DNA of 64,000 bases from Octopus vulgaris. Its lineage: Eukaryota. The position numbers and the translations under genes were made by a program. The DNA is taken from contig OX597830.1 in assembly GCA_951406725.2 (NCBI GenBank), forward strand, positions 77,686,001-77,750,000, written 5' to 3'. Below, in pieces: positions 1 through 14,290 of this stretch (position 1 is the first letter of the stretch; each line of letters begins with the position of its first letter). Under the pieces are notes generated by a model. The model was not told the origin of the DNA, made no database searches, and saw only the letters and a list, made by a program, of their open reading frames with translations.

Positions 1-75
1 AACTTTAGCACACTGGGCTTAGTAGCAATTCGTCTGTCCTTACGGTTGGCTTTGCCTTTCATCCTTTCGGGGTCG

Positions 76-116
<41 letters not shown>

Positions 117-185
117 CATCATCATCATCATCATCATCAACATCATCGTCGTCATCATCATCATCATCATCATTAGTAGAAAGGA

Positions 186-240
<55 letters not shown>

Positions 241-327
241 CATTATTATTATTATTATTGAGGCCATCAGTTGGCAGAATCGTAAGCGAGTCAGACAAAA
301 TGTCTAGCGGTATTTTTTCCACCTCAA

Positions 328-553
328 GGCGGCGAGCTGGCAGAAACGTTAACACGCCGGGCGAAATGCGTAGCCGTATTTCGTCTGCCGTTACGTTCTG
401 AATTCAAATTCCACCGAGGTCAACTTTTCCTTTCATCCTTTCGGGGTCGATAAATTAAGGACCAGTTACGCACTGGGGTCAATCGACTTAATCCGTTTGT
501 CTGTCCTTGTTTGTCCTCTCTGTGTTTAGCTCCTTGTGGGTAGTAAAGAAATA
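328..553 (+). mobile_element. SINE family B (GGCGGCGAGCTGGCAGAA head; Deu/Nin-like central domain) nested in an older copy
   Basis: CCTTTCATCCTTTCGGGGTCGATAAATTAAG core; flanking duplication GGTATTTTT(T)CCACCTC. Confidence 0.88.
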
Positions 554-942
554 GGTATTTTTCCACCTCTCTATGTACTCAGCTTAACTCCCACCAAATG
601 AAATTTCGCCTTTCATCCTTTTGGGATCGATAACATAAGGTATCAGTGAAGTGAAGTACAGAGATCAATGTAATGGACTTGCTCTCTTCCAATAAAATTG
701 CTGGCTTTATACCAAAATTAGAAACCAGTACTTTAAGGCGATGAAATCGCAGAATCGTTTAATATGTCGGATAACATGCTTAGCGGCATTTCTTCAAGCT
801 CTTTACATTTCGAATTCAAATGTCGCACAGTTCTATTTTGCCTTTCCTCCTTTCGGTGTCAATAAAATAAAATGTTGGTGTCAGTGTAATCGATTAATCG
901 TTTGCTTTCAGTTTTGTTGGTCTCCTGGCCTAAATCAGAAAC

Positions 943-1243
943 GTGGAGGCACATGGTCTAGTGGTTAGAGCAGCGGACTCGCGGTCGAGGGATCGTGGGT
1001 TCGAATCTCAGACCGGGCGATGAGTGTGTTTATGAGCGAAACACCTAAGCTCCACGCGGCTCCGGCAGAAGGTAATGGCGAACTTCTACTGACTCTTTCG
1101 CCACAACTTTCTCTCACCCTTTCCTCCTGCATCTAGCAGCTCACCTGTGATGGATCGGCGTCCCGTCCAGGTGGGGAAGCTATACGCCAAGGAAACCGGG
1201 AAACCGGCCCTTATGAGCCATGCATGGCTCGAGAAGGAACAAA
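943..1243 (+). mobile_element. SINE family C (tRNA-derived head GTGGAGGC...TAGTGGTTAGAGCAGCGGACT)
   Basis: Box A/B-like motifs; head shared with 17189, 31608 and ~21995-22097 (-). Confidence 0.85.
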
Positions 1244-1663
1244 AATCAGAAACTAAATGTGCAAAATGGTGACTCTTGATCATTTTGTCTTATGCATAAG
1301 ATGGTAACCTGACAGAATCGTTGGACGGTCGGAAACAAAATACCTTGAGATATCTGCATCGGTTCTCTGAGTTTTCAAATTTCTCCAGTACCAATTCTAT
1401 TTATTTCAATTGAAATAAATATTGGATTCGATATGATCGATAAAACCCTACATCTGCGTAGTTGCAATCTGTTAGATGTACAAAAGGGAGAAATTGGTCT
1501 CGGTTTATATAAACTAATGCTTGGCGCTTCTAATCCGTATTATGCTACAGCCGAGAAACCGGGAAGTCGATAAAACGGCACCACTCAAAGTATTTTGATT
1601 GTAATCTAATAAGAGATACCTAGTCTCGTAGTCAGTTCAGAGTTACCTCTCTTTGCAGTGTCC

Positions 1664-1707
1664 GATACTGATGAGAAGATAATTACTTTGAAATGCATGC
1701 ATCCATC
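1664..1707 (+). ncRNA. Hammerhead-like motif with weak stem I
   Basis: GATA-CTGATGA-GAAG-ATAATTA-CTTT-GAAA-TGCATGCA-TC-CATC: canonical core, palindromic stem III, AUC site; stem I has an A:C mismatch next to the core. Confidence 0.55.
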
Positions 1708-2263
1708 AATCTTGATAAAGGTCGCTCCGAACTGATCTCGACTGCTTGCACCATTTTGTCTCTACAGCAAGAATATTTCTTCATGGCAAAATACAATGAA
1801 TGGTCTTCTTACGGGTTCGAATCCGTCTCAAACATTAGAACAGGTAACAAATTTTAGAATTTATTTAAAAACCTCTAGGCTAATGTTTTATCTGTCGATA
1901 ATCGGTAGATTCTCGCTATGTGCGTCCATTTAAACGTCATCTTCACGCCACTTGATAGATCACACATACTGTTATATATTTTAAGATATATCGTAAAATA
2001 TATGCGTGCCAATGAGCATATTTACATTTATGCAAACAAGCATCTATATTCATGAGCATATCTTTGTCAGAGGTAATTATTATATGCAGAAAAATATTTG
2101 AATATAAAAGTACACATTCTACCCGGACAAGCTCAGCGCAGTTATGCTACCCGGCACCCATATTCTTCAAAAATATCAATGGACAACCATTCATAAAAAA
2201 AGGGTCAATTTTTCTGCATTTTCTGTTTCTCTACTCAACTCTCACCCTCTTTCTTCCCTTTTT

Positions 2264-2316
<53 letters not shown>

Positions 2317-2463
2317 TTTTGTTTGTTTGTTTATTTCTTTCTCTCTCTCTCTCTCTGTCTCCTTCACGCTTCTCTACTTCTCTTTCTATTTGTCTAAGTT
2401 TGTATCTAGCTTACTAGCTCACTTACTCTGTCTCTACCTCTCTCTCTCCTTCTCTCTTTACAT

Positions 2464-2537
<74 letters not shown>

Positions 2538-2541
2538 CCAT

Positions 2542-2586
<45 letters not shown>

Positions 2587-2776
2587 GTACATTCATATCT
2601 CTATATGTGTGTATGTGTGTGTACGTGTGTTATAGAATGTGTATGTATGGATGTGTTAAGCAATAGGAAGAGACAGAAAATGGAGAGAGACACAGTCAGA
2701 AAGACAACCAGACAGGCAGTAAAAGACAAAGAGGGAAAAAGACACATTAATGGCACCCTCCAAGTAAAAGACAGAC

Positions 2777-2857
<81 letters not shown>

Positions 2858-3941
2858 TAGATAGATGTGTAAGAAAGCACTCTAATGTTACCAAAAGGAG
2901 GTAGCCAAGACCGAGAGAGGGGTGTTTAGAGGGGGCATTCAGATGTGGTGTTTAGGTGGGGCCGCTGTTTAGGGGACATCTAATGACCTTGAAGAAGCTA
3001 TTTACGTAAAAGTTCATAGTGAGAAGATACAATTTCCAATCTTTGGAAATTCGTTATGGTTCTTTTCTTGCTTTTATCGTTGCCTTTCATCTTTTTCTCC
3101 TTTTTTTTTTTGCTGCAATTGTTTTTGTTGTTGCTATTGGTAGTGGTGGTGATGATGGTGGTGATGGTGGTGGCGTTGGTGGTGGTGGTTGGTGTTGCTT
3201 ATGTGTTTAGTCCCGTCTCTTATTCTCTCTCTCTCTCTCTCTCTCTCTCTGAAGTAAGACCATTTTATGTAGATTTATGATCAAAGGCGTTCCAGCCGTA
3301 ACCATCCAATCTTTGATGTTTTTTATCAGACACAAACACACATACATTCTCTCTCCCCTTCTCTCTCACTCTCTCTCTCTCTTTGTCTCTCTCTTTCTCA
3401 TCTACGCGCGTGCACACAAAAATAAACAAATAAGGACATACACACACTCACACGCACATATATGTATGCACATACACGCACGTGTGTATGTATGTGTATA
3501 TATGAATATATATAAATGCATATATTTCGATGTACATACATTTATACACACATACACTCTCAAATATATTAGTATATATGCATATCATATGTAATTAAAT
3601 TTATGTGTGTATGTATCATATATATATGTGTGTGTACGTATCTATGTATGCATGTGTGTATGTGTGTATGCATGTATCTATATATGTGCGTATGTTTGTA
3701 TGTCATTATTCTGTTTTATTTCAAGAATTTCTTGTCAATAGTGAAAGAGCTGGTTTCTAACCTAGATCCAAGGCTCCTTCATTGGAATTTCAACAAAATC
3801 AGCAAGGTATGTACGTATGGATGGATGGATGGATGGATGGATGGATGGATGGATGGATGGATGGATGGATATGTGCAGATTTGTATGTTTTGTTTCATGT
3901 ATGTCTTCTCGTGCATCCACTTGCATATCTAGACATACTCA

Positions 3942-4062
<121 letters not shown>

Positions 4063-4220
4063 TGTGTATATGTATACATATATGTGTATATATATATGTG
4101 TATATATATATGTACATATACGTATGTGTATATATGTGAGTGTAATTATATATTTATATATCTATAATTATATACATAAATACATACATATGTGTGTATA
4201 TACACACTCACACTCACACA

Positions 4221-4265
<45 letters not shown>

Positions 4266-4451
4266 GCATAATTGGTTTATTATTTACGTTCGGTATGACG
4301 TAAATACTCCGTGACACCTAGGAATTACATTGGGAATTCTCTTATATAAACATCCTCTCAGAAATAGAAATGGTAAGTTGGGACTTTTTCCTTACGGAGA
4401 AACTTTGGAATGTGCGTGGTTATTAGGGTTAAAGTTCATGCGTTCGTGGAG

Positions 4452-4488
<37 letters not shown>

Positions 4489-5257
4489 TGTGTGTGTATG
4501 CATGTGTATGCGTCTCTATATGTGTATGTGTATGCACGTCTGAAAATACCTGGGAAGCGCTTTTCTTTCAGACATTTTAAAAACACGACTGTGTTGAAGT
4601 TGCATCTTTTAGGTTGACATTGGCGAGACTTTGACTTTGTCTCAACAGTTTTATTAGAAAATGAGATTATGATAATCAGGGCACATCAGCGTACCAGATT
4701 TTAATAACTCTTACGGAAATATGGAAATCACTTAATTAAATGATCATTTTACTGTTTATATACATACATACACATACATACATACATACATACATACATA
4801 CATACATACATACATGCATACATACATACATACATACATACATACATACATACATACATACATACATACATACATACATACATACATACATGGTGGCTGC
4901 CCCCTCGTTATCGAGTATGGCCATTGCACGAAGCTTAATCAATGTTGTTATCGTGCAATGCTTGTGCAAGAAGATTTTTTTTTAAGTGAAGAAAGGCTGT
5001 GCACTGAGTCAATCCCACTCACTAAGCAACAGCAGCCATAATCCGAAAAGAAGAACAAGTCAACATCATCGGTAACCACTGAGCCGCAGGTTTTATGTCA
5101 GAGTTATCCTAGTTACCTGAGTTACATTCTCCTAGAAGAATGCCCTAACAAAGGCTAGGAGTCCTTCACTCCCAATGGTTTAACATACATACATACATAC
5201 ATACATACATACATACATACATACATACATACATACATACATACATACATACATACT

Positions 5258-5960
5258 TTGACGTTAAAATCCGCAAGTTACTGACATTAACAGGCAATCT
5301 TCACAGAAATAGTGATATCGACAGGCTCTACCTAAGAAAGGAAAGAAGGAGGTAGAGGCTTGAGAGCAGTGCAGCACTTGCTAAACAACAGCAGCAAAAA
5401 TAAATACATTAATTTAGTGACTGAAATGGGAAGAAAACTCTATGCTACATGTCAGCAGTAGTACTCAAGAAGTACGCTCTTCCTGATGACCTCCCAAACA
5501 ACTCCATAACAGCTGGACTAACATACCTCTAAGAAGATCTGGATGTGAAACGTTCAGCATACCAAGACAAAACCATGCATGAGTGAGTTTCCCCGAAGAC
5601 TTAAAAAAACAAAAACAGTAATACTGACATGAAGCGAAGCCTTTCTTGGACTCGTGACCGCTACATCACATCACACTTCGAAGGCCATGCATTTTCAGTA
5701 TAGGAATAGGAGATAGCTAGGCAATACCTAATAAATATAAGAGGCAGTGAAGCCTTTGAAGCTCTAAGATGCAACCGAACCTGTAGATTATGTCAAATTT
5801 CTGTGAACGACATCACAAGTGTGCTGCCCCAAAATGTCGTCAAGATACTACCTTCCTACGCAATATGACGTTGTCGCAGACAATATATATGATGTCATTC
5901 GGTAAAAAAAGACTTTTCCCGGAATAAAAATAGAGTATCCCTGCCTTATTGAATCCCAAA
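5258..5960 (+). pseudogene. Decayed RLE-type non-LTR retrotransposon fragment (R4/Dong-like)
   Basis: [31 protein letters not shown] at ~5262-5365 and a CRLC...CPKMSSRYY..YDVV zinc-knuckle region at ~5781-5878, with frameshifts and stops. Confidence 0.7.
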
Positions 5961-5969
5961 CAATTGCCG

Positions 5970-6572
5970 TACATTGTCCTCACTCTAGAACAGTGCAATG
6001 ATGTCCAGTTCTGGCGCTGGAGTAATGTTCGATGTCAAAGTTCGGTGCCAAATCCTCTAGGATCTTCCATATGTATGTCACCACTGCTGTCTTTGCTCCC
6101 GGGAGTTGAGTCGTAATTGCTTCAGTCTATTCCAGTAGCTCAGCTGTTAATTGACTCTGCCAGGTGACCACAGTTGTCAGTAGTAGTCCAGAAGCTGAAG
6201 ACAAATATCCTGTAATAGAACCAGCGTCGTTTCCTAGTTCCTTGATCAGAAAGTTTTCAAAACCATCCGTTCATTCGCCTACATACTGCTACCACCTTGG
6301 TGGTATGTACATGAAACGAGATCACGCACTGTATTTGACTCTCCTTTTTATCCAAAGTATCTTTGTTGCGATATGTTAGAGCAAGTTGGCTGATAGCGGA
6401 GAGCTTGAAATTTTCTTGCATTAAACTGCATGCTGTTTTCATCGAATCGTTCCTTGACTACTTTTACAACTTTGGTGTCATCGGCATATCTAGTGAGAAC
6501 AACTGATGGTATGTCAGAAAGAGCTATCATAAACAGCAACGGCTCCAAGACAGTTCTCTGAGGCATTCCCCT
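5970..6572 (-). pseudogene. Decayed CR1/L2-like LINE reverse transcriptase fragment
   Basis: [19 protein letters not shown]...YADDTK (RT motifs) at ~6470-6570; LSYWNRLKQLRL and YIWKIL C-terminal motifs at ~6060-6145. Confidence 0.8.
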
Positions 6573-6730
6573 TCGCCTTTCTTTCGGAGGATTGATGGGA
6601 ACCCATCGGGGCTTGCGACAGAGTTTAAGATCATTACATCAGTTTCCTCTATCTCGAGGTTATCAATAATTGCCATCCCTTCGTGTAAGCTGTGGTGCCA
6701 AAGAACAACTCTCCTTATCTCTCTCTCTTA

Positions 6731-6817
<87 letters not shown>

Positions 6818-6844
6818 TATATATATACATACACTGGCACACAG

Positions 6845-6906
<62 letters not shown>

Positions 6907-7182
6907 TATACATATACATACATATATCTATATATATGATATATATATATATATATATATATACATAATATATAAATATATATGCATATATACATACATA
7001 TATATACATATATATGTATATACACATGCATATTTTGGGCACAGGATACCACAGAACGCAAACAACATGAAATACGAACTTTTTTTTAGCGAAGAACGAA
7101 AGAAACAAATGGAAAACAAGACAAGTAACATAAAAAAACGACCCTTCATCAGTTGTCGGCTGTTTTTCTACTTCACACATAG

Positions 7183-7291
<109 letters not shown>

Positions 7292-7451
7292 TCTTTACTC
7301 TTACTCTTTTACTCTTTTACTTGTTCCAGTCATTTGACTGCGGCCATGCTGGAGCACCGCCTTAAATCGAGCAACTCGACACCGGGACTTATTCTTTTGT
7401 AAGCCCAGTACTTATTCTATCGGTCTCTTTTGCCGAACCGCTAAGTAACGG

Positions 7452-7503
<52 letters not shown>

Positions 7504-8246
7504 ACATATACACAATATATGGTGTATGTTTGTGTAGTTCTGTGTTGTGTATGTGTGACATGTAGACAGGGTGAACAAATCTCCTTATATTCTCCTGTGG
7601 TCCCTGGAAAGATAAATGTTGAATTGATGTGACTTAGTTTTGAACCTATTTGGGATATCTTCAAGGATTACTAACTCAACATTATTTGAGAAAAGATACA
7701 GCTAATATGCATTTGCAGCTACTCATTATCGTGACTTCACTGAATCGGTCAATCTGATTTGCATAAGGAATGCATTCCCTTGGCTACATAATCCATTATT
7801 AATTATTTATGTATTGAACGGCATATATTCGACAATTTTTTATGCATACTATGTGTAATTTTGTATGCATTAGATATATCTATGGTTGCCTAGTGTATTC
7901 AATTACAAAGCACAACAATAGCCTATCACCTGTACTGTTTACAAAGGTATATCGACCACATACTGTTTATCACACCTACATATACACACATATATATATA
8001 TGTGTGTTTGTGTTTATATATATATACATATACATACACCTTCACACATGCATAACCTCATGCATAGTGTTGGTTGAGTTTGCTTAACAACACGCGATTT
8101 ATTGTTCATTTCAACTGCAAAGCACCTTGTCAAGCAGCTTCTAATATAACCCTGGGTCGACCAAAGCCTTGAGAGAGAATTTAATAATGGAAATTACTGC
8201 ACACATACATATATGTATATGTGTGTCTGCGTGTATGTATACATAC

Positions 8247-8313
<67 letters not shown>

Positions 8314-8447
8314 CATATATATATATATATATATACATATATGTAATATATACACTCATATGAATAGGGTATATATGTATATATAGAGAGAGGGACATGT
8401 GTATATGTAAGTCAGTAAATATATATGTATATGTATGTATATACATT

Positions 8448-8494
<47 letters not shown>

Positions 8495-8503
8495 GTATTT
8501 AAG

Positions 8504-8579
<76 letters not shown>

Positions 8580-9099
8580 CGTACGCAAAGATAACAACGA
8601 ACTCATCATTGTTAGAGTGATACCCATGCTGCTTTTAACGATGAAGCACATATCACAAGGCGAAACATCATTTTCACTAATTACCTGATATCAGGCAATC
8701 AAATTACACCACGGTATTAGTTTTGATCTGTTAATGCATAGTGGAAACCAAACACCCTGCGGATGGTTTTAGTCCTTAGACGTAGATATAGATGTACAGT
8801 AAGAAGTTTGCTTCTCAAATACAGGGTTCTGGGTTCAGTCCACTGCATTGCATCCTTGACAATTGTCTTCTACCATTGCTACATGCCGACCAAAGTCTTT
8901 TGAGTGAACTGAGAAAAGGGAAACTGAAAGAAGCTTGACATGAATATATATACATACATATATACATGCATACATATATATATATATAGTTAATTCAAAC
9001 AAGAAAACACAAAAAAAATTAAAAAAACACAACAACGCGAGGACGTGGAACAAATATAGTATTATTATTGGACGCTCAGGAAAGAAGGGAAGAAGCAGG

Positions 9100-9134
9100 G
9101 TTTAACGTTTCGAGCGGAGCTCTTCGTCGGAAAC
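9100..9134 (-). ncRNA. Minimal hammerhead-like motif, variant core CCGACGA, loopless stem III
   Basis: Minus strand GTTT-CCGACGA-A-GAGC-TCC-GCTC-GAAA-CG-TT-AAAC, within a ~220-bp insert (~8990-9205) adjacent to (TA)n. Confidence 0.6.
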
Positions 9135-9205
9135 ATAGGAGAAGGAAAGATCCCGAGAAGGGAAGACAGAGGAAAAAAATCGCCAGTGGTACTCACGAGG
9201 TCACA

Positions 9206-9545
9206 CATAGTGATATATAAGAAACAGGTTAAAAATAATGGTCATTACATTTATATATATATATAAAATTATAAATTAGGGTATCTACGAGAAACCACCA
9301 TGCTGAAAATAGCAGACATGATCTGACTCTAAAACCACCTTAATTGTCCATATCGCAAACACGGAGAGAAAACAAAGAGACAAGATGAAGCTTGTAGAAT
9401 TATCCAGTAATTTTTTACTAGTTTCATCTTATCTCTTTGTCATCTCTCCATGTTGCTATATGAAAACTTAAGGTTGTTTTAGAGTCAGATCATGGCTGCT
9501 ATTTTCAGCATGGTGGTATCTCGTAGATACCCTAATTTATAATTT

Positions 9546-9630
<85 letters not shown>

Positions 9631-9671
9631 ATGACCCTTATTTTTAACTTGTTTCTTATATATTTACTATG
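9206..9671. repeat. Long imperfect palindrome (fold-back)
   Basis: Left arm 9206-~9400 is the reverse complement of the right arm ~9408-9671 (e.g. AATTAGGGTATCTACGAGA / TCTCGTAGATACCCTAATT). Confidence 0.9.
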
Positions 9672-9831
9672 CGTAAAAACAAGTGGAGCCCGTCCACGGA
9701 TTTATAATGTAGAATTGTGATGAACTATAACCTTGGACCCATCTACATGATTACCTGAAGTTCTTCACTTATCTAAGTAATATTGTTGGCTTGGTGTATG
9801 TATATGTATATACATATATACATCTCTAGAC

Positions 9832-9910
<79 letters not shown>

Positions 9911-10249
9911 TGTAAATTTGTGGCTGTGCTTGTCATCCTTTAGTGCTTGATAACTGGTGTTGCATTGTTTACGCCCCCATAACTTAGCAGTTTGGCAAAT
10001 GAGACTGCTAGAATAAGTAAAATGCCGACGCTTAGAACTTAGACTCCAATGTCTTTACAAGGGGTCAATTCTGCAAGGTAGAGAAAGGCTATAAGAGGGA
10101 TCATGCTGAGCGGGTGTAGAGGCAATTATGCGGATAAAAATGTAAGATACATTAAATATTTTAGATATATTAAGTATAATACTAAATATGCATGAGTATA
10201 CACCCACCCCGCTTATATATTTATATATGGAAATTGTAGTCAAGATACC

Positions 10250-10538
10250 CGTGCCGGTGACACGTAAAAAGCACCGTCCGAACGTGGCAGATGCCAGCAC
10301 CGCCTGACTGACGTCCGTGTCGGTGACACGTAAAAGCACTAACCGATCGTGGCCGTTTGCCAACTTGCCGATGGCACGTTAAAAACACCCACTACACTTA
10401 CGGAGTGGTTGGCGTTAGGAAGGGTATCCAGATATAACAACACTGCCAGATCAGACTGGAGCCTGGTGCAGCCTCCTGGTTTCCCAGATCCCGGTCGAAC
10501 CATCCAACCCATGCTAGCATGGAAAACAGACGTTAAAC

Positions 10539-10572
<34 letters not shown>
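10250..10572 (+). mobile_element. SINE family D fragment ending in (GAT)n; inverted copy at 42226-42410 nested in a family A SINE
   Basis: GGCGTTAGGAAGGG(T/C)ATCCAG domain (Meta-domain-like) and CCAACCCATGCTAGCATGGAAAA..GACGTTAAA(C/T)GATGATG tail in both copies. Confidence 0.75.
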
Positions 10573-10575
<3 letters not shown>

Positions 10576-10868
10576 AACTTTCAAATTAACTTTAGAAAGC
10601 CGTGTCAAAGCACCTTTGAAAATGATATATTTTCGATATATTGGACAACACACTTTGTTCGTCGTGTGAGAAGAGAAATAATAATATAAGAACTGGACCG
10701 ATTTGAAATATATAAACATGTAGCGTTCGTCTGAAAACATACCACTGATTTTAGAATTGAAATGTATCGCTCATGTATATGTAGCTTCAATCTCTTTTCT
10801 ATTTATCTTTTCTCCTCTGTCTATCTGTTTGTCTGTCTGTCTGTTTGTTTCTCTCTCTCACTCTCTTA

Positions 10869-10974
<106 letters not shown>

Positions 10975-11111
10975 GTAAAAAAATACAAACAGGGACAAGA
11001 ACGTGAAACATTTAGAAGACGATACAAAATACACGGACGAGACATTCGAAGCCTTCAATCTTCAGTCAAGAACCGGATCATCTTCGCAATTTCGGCTGAT
11101 ATATATATATA

Positions 11112-11749
11112 CTAGCAGTATCGCCCGGCGTTGCTCGGGTTTGTAAGGGAAATAACTATATAAGCATTTTTAGAGAGTTATAGCCAAAAAATAGCAAAAC
11201 ATGCATTAAAAATGGAAAAAATATGATGGTAAATTTTTTTTAAAAATCGTTGACTCATCGTAGACATTTTTAGAGAGTTACTTCCCTTATATAATAGCGA
11301 AAAAATGCATTAAAATGGAAAAAAAACGATGGTAAATTTTTTTTTAAATCGTAGACTCATGTAGACGCTTTCTTAGCCATTTCTGTTTTGGTGTCTTCAA
11401 GCCATGAAGTCGTTGTTCTAAAAGAACACTGGTCTCCTTGACAACGCATTACGACGTTGATTTCCTTACACTCCCTTCCCCACAGGTGCAGGTGTGAGCG
11501 TGGACGCCAACTCCGCCGCCATCGACACACGAAAAATTATGCATTAAAATGGAATAAAAAATGATGTTAAATTATTTTTAAAATCGTAGACTCATCGTAA
11601 ACGCGCGCTAATATTCAGACGGGCTCGATATGAATCACAACTATAAGCTACCCGAATTTGGTTAAACTGCACCACAAAATGTGGGAGTAGTTAGGAATCT
11701 AATTCGAAGGGGACAGACACTCACACAACTACAGTTTTATATATATAGA
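11112..11749 (-). mobile_element. Non-autonomous Helitron
   Basis: Minus strand starts TCTATATATATAAAACTG, ends with hairpin CCCGAGCAACGCCGGG then CTAG, inserted between A and T; internal repeated blocks. Confidence 0.8.
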
Positions 11750-11769
11750 TATACATAGCGCAGTATTGG

Positions 11770-12125
11770 TGAGATGTGACAGCAAAGAAAAGCATACATT
11801 CACTCTCTGCATGCAATTAGACTCCGAAAGTTCGTGAGGAACCCATTGACTCAATTTGCTGACTTTTCCGATAGCACACAGGTGTCAATGAATGGTTGAA
11901 TGACCAAATCCAAGCTTCTCTGCTAGTTCCTCAACAGTTACGATGATATTTTGTTCCACCAGGGTTTTCAGGATGTCCTTGTCGAGTTCTACAGATCTTT
12001 CAGGATGAGGCTCGTCTTCTAAGCTGTAGTTTATGGCTCGGGATTTCTGGAACCACCATTGACACTGCCTTACGCTTATTGTCCAATCCCCATATACTGC
12101 ATTAATATTTCTTGTACTTTGCACA
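11770..12125 (-). pseudogene. Mariner transposase N-terminal fragment
   Basis: Translation RNINAVYGDWTISVRQCQWWFQKSRAINYSLEDEPHPERSVEL...TVEELAEKLGFGHSTIH*HLCAIGKVSKLSQWVPHELSE: mariner HTH region and WVPHEL motif (11828-11845); in-frame stop at 11885-11887. Confidence 0.88.
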
Positions 12126-12475
12126 CATTTATATTCTGTTATTCTTTTATATGTTTCAGCCTTGAGGTTGTGGCCATGCTGGATCATGTGTGTGTGTGTG
12201 TGTGTGTGTGTGTCTATCTGTCTGTCTGTCTGTATGTATATATGTATATGTATGTGTGTGAACAATAATATTTTCAACAGATGTGTTGCAAATGTATCTG
12301 ATTGTTCTCAAGCTTCAATACTGTGTGTGTGTGTATGTGTGTGTGTGTATGTATGTATGTATATGTATGTATGTATGTATGTATATGTATGTATGTATGT
12401 ATGTGTGTATGTATGTATGTGTGTGTGTGTATGTATGTGTGTGTGTATGTGTGTGTGTATGTATGTGTATGTATG

Positions 12476-12509
<34 letters not shown>

Positions 12510-12539
12510 TGTATGTATGAGTGTATGTTTACTTTATTA

Positions 12540-12996
12540 CTAACACAAGCCACTACGGTTATTTAATGTAAAGTCTTCCTCAAATCACTCTCTCTCGCTA
12601 TTTACTCTCTTCCAAGAACATTTTCACTCACTCTTAGCTCTTAGCTTCCCATACATTTTACTCATGTATCTATCAGCGTCATAGACAGAATACTTTCAGT
12701 TTAGTCTTCCTCAAATCACTCTGTCGCTATTTACTTTCATTTTATTCGTTGCCCACTGTGTGTGTGCGTTTGCGTGTGGTGTAAACCAGGCTAAGAAAAG
12801 CATTTGACACACACACCAGAATGTGAGTTTTCTGTAAATTTTGCTTAATTGGAGTTTAAATTTAAAAAACTGGACCTGGCATGACGCGATGCATTGTACT
12901 CTTAAAAATGCTAGGTAAATTGTAATTGAAGAAATCCTATATTGTAGATTTCTATAACTCCCAAAGGGAGGCAGATAAAATCTGCCTTTTATAATA

Positions 12997-12999
<3 letters not shown>
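12540..12999 (-). mobile_element. Probable non-autonomous Helitron (decayed 3' end)
   Basis: Minus strand A|TCTTATTATAAAAGGCAG start, TTAG|T end; internal duplicated block near 12570/12700. Confidence 0.5.
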
Positions 13000-13053
<54 letters not shown>

Positions 13054-13208
13054 ATTGACCACTAAAAGTGAACAGCCTGTATACTAGAAATAGACGTCAA
13101 AATTGCCATTTTCCACAGAGAATGTGTTCTCAAGAAAAAATTCAGCAAAAAGCCAAAGAGTAAAAATAAGCAAGACAAATGAAAATATACGAAATAAAAA
13201 ACGATTAC

Positions 13209-13284
13209 CTATGTACTAATTAGTTTCACTTGTTAATAATTTACATATATGAATACATAAACATCTGCAAGATCATCAGCATAG
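13209..13284 (-). ncRNA. Type I hammerhead ribozyme motif, canonical core
   Basis: Minus strand reads CTATG-CTGATGA-TCTTG...CAAGT-GAAA-CTAATTAG-TA-CATAG: 5-bp stem I, canonical core, stem II with a first U:U mismatch, palindromic stem III, GUA site. Confidence 0.82.
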
Positions 13285-13572
13285 CCTGTCGTTTATGAAA
13301 CACAATTTCTAGAACTAGATACAGAATGCTCGACCGAAATCCAGTATTGTATAAAGTTCCACAAATTATATTTGTGTGTATCTTTCAAATGCCTTCACTT
13401 TGGCGCGCTGAGATCGGAAATTACTCTGCAGTTAATAAACTACAGCAGTTAATTTACCGGCTAGGGAACATTCTTTTATTTAAAATTAAATAAGGGTAGA
13501 AATTGATATTAATCAATTAAAACCAGTGGTCTAGCATATTTTTAAAAATCCAAAGGTTAAGATTTTTACATA

Positions 13573-13980
13573 CAGGTGTGGCTGTGTGGTAAGTAGCTTG
13601 CTTACCAACCACATAGTTCTGGGTTCAGTCCCACTGCGTGGCACCTTGGACAAGTGTCTTCTACTATAGCCTCGGGCCGACCAAAGCCTTGTGAGTGGAT
13701 TTGGTAGACGGAAACTGAAAGAAGCCCGTCGTATATATGTATATATATGTGTGTGTGTGTGTATGCTTGTGTGTTTGTGTTTGTCTACCCAGCATCGCTT
13801 GGCAACTGATGCTGGTGTGATTACGTCCCCGTAACTTAGCGGTTTGGCAAAAAAAAGAGACCGATAGAATAAGTACTAGGCTTACAAAAGAATAAGTCCC
13901 GGGGTCGATTTACTCGACTAAAGGCGGTGCTCCAGCATGGCCACAGTCAAATGACTGAAACAAGTAAAAGAGTAAAAGAG
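13573..13980 (+). mobile_element. SINE family A
   Basis: Matches 17889-18260 along its length. Confidence 0.9.
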
Positions 13981-14131
13981 TATACAAAATTTAGAGGATT
14001 GACAACTAAAAGTGTACAGCCTGTATACTAGAAATAGAATACTAGAAATTTTTAATCTTCGGATTTTTAAAAATATGCTAGACCACTGGTTTTAATTGAT
14101 TAATATCAATTTCTACCCCTATTTAATTTGA

Positions 14132-14290
<159 letters not shown>

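Larger units (their letters stand above)
13051..14130 (-). mobile_element. Penelope-like pseudo-LTR remnant with direct and inverted repeats, interrupted by a SINE
   Basis: Flanked by (TA)n on both sides; direct repeat 13053-13094/13997-14038; inverted repeat 13484-13551/14061-14129; hammerhead at 13209-13284; SINE at 13573-13980. Family assignment is inferred from architecture; no ORF seen. Confidence 0.55.

Noticed and set aside
943-1020. tRNA-like sequence with box A and box B (also 17189, 31608)
   Set aside because: No complete cloverleaf; it continues into a SINE body, so it is a SINE head and not a tRNA gene.
7040-7180. CTGATGA on the minus strand of a short insert; similar partial words at ~28616, ~52816, ~62725 and ~63541
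   Set aside because: Missing GAAA or unpaired stems; not supportable as ribozymes by eye.
11030-11100. CTGAAGA on the minus strand of a TA-embedded insert (second copy near 24720)
   Set aside because: I could not build stems I-III around it.
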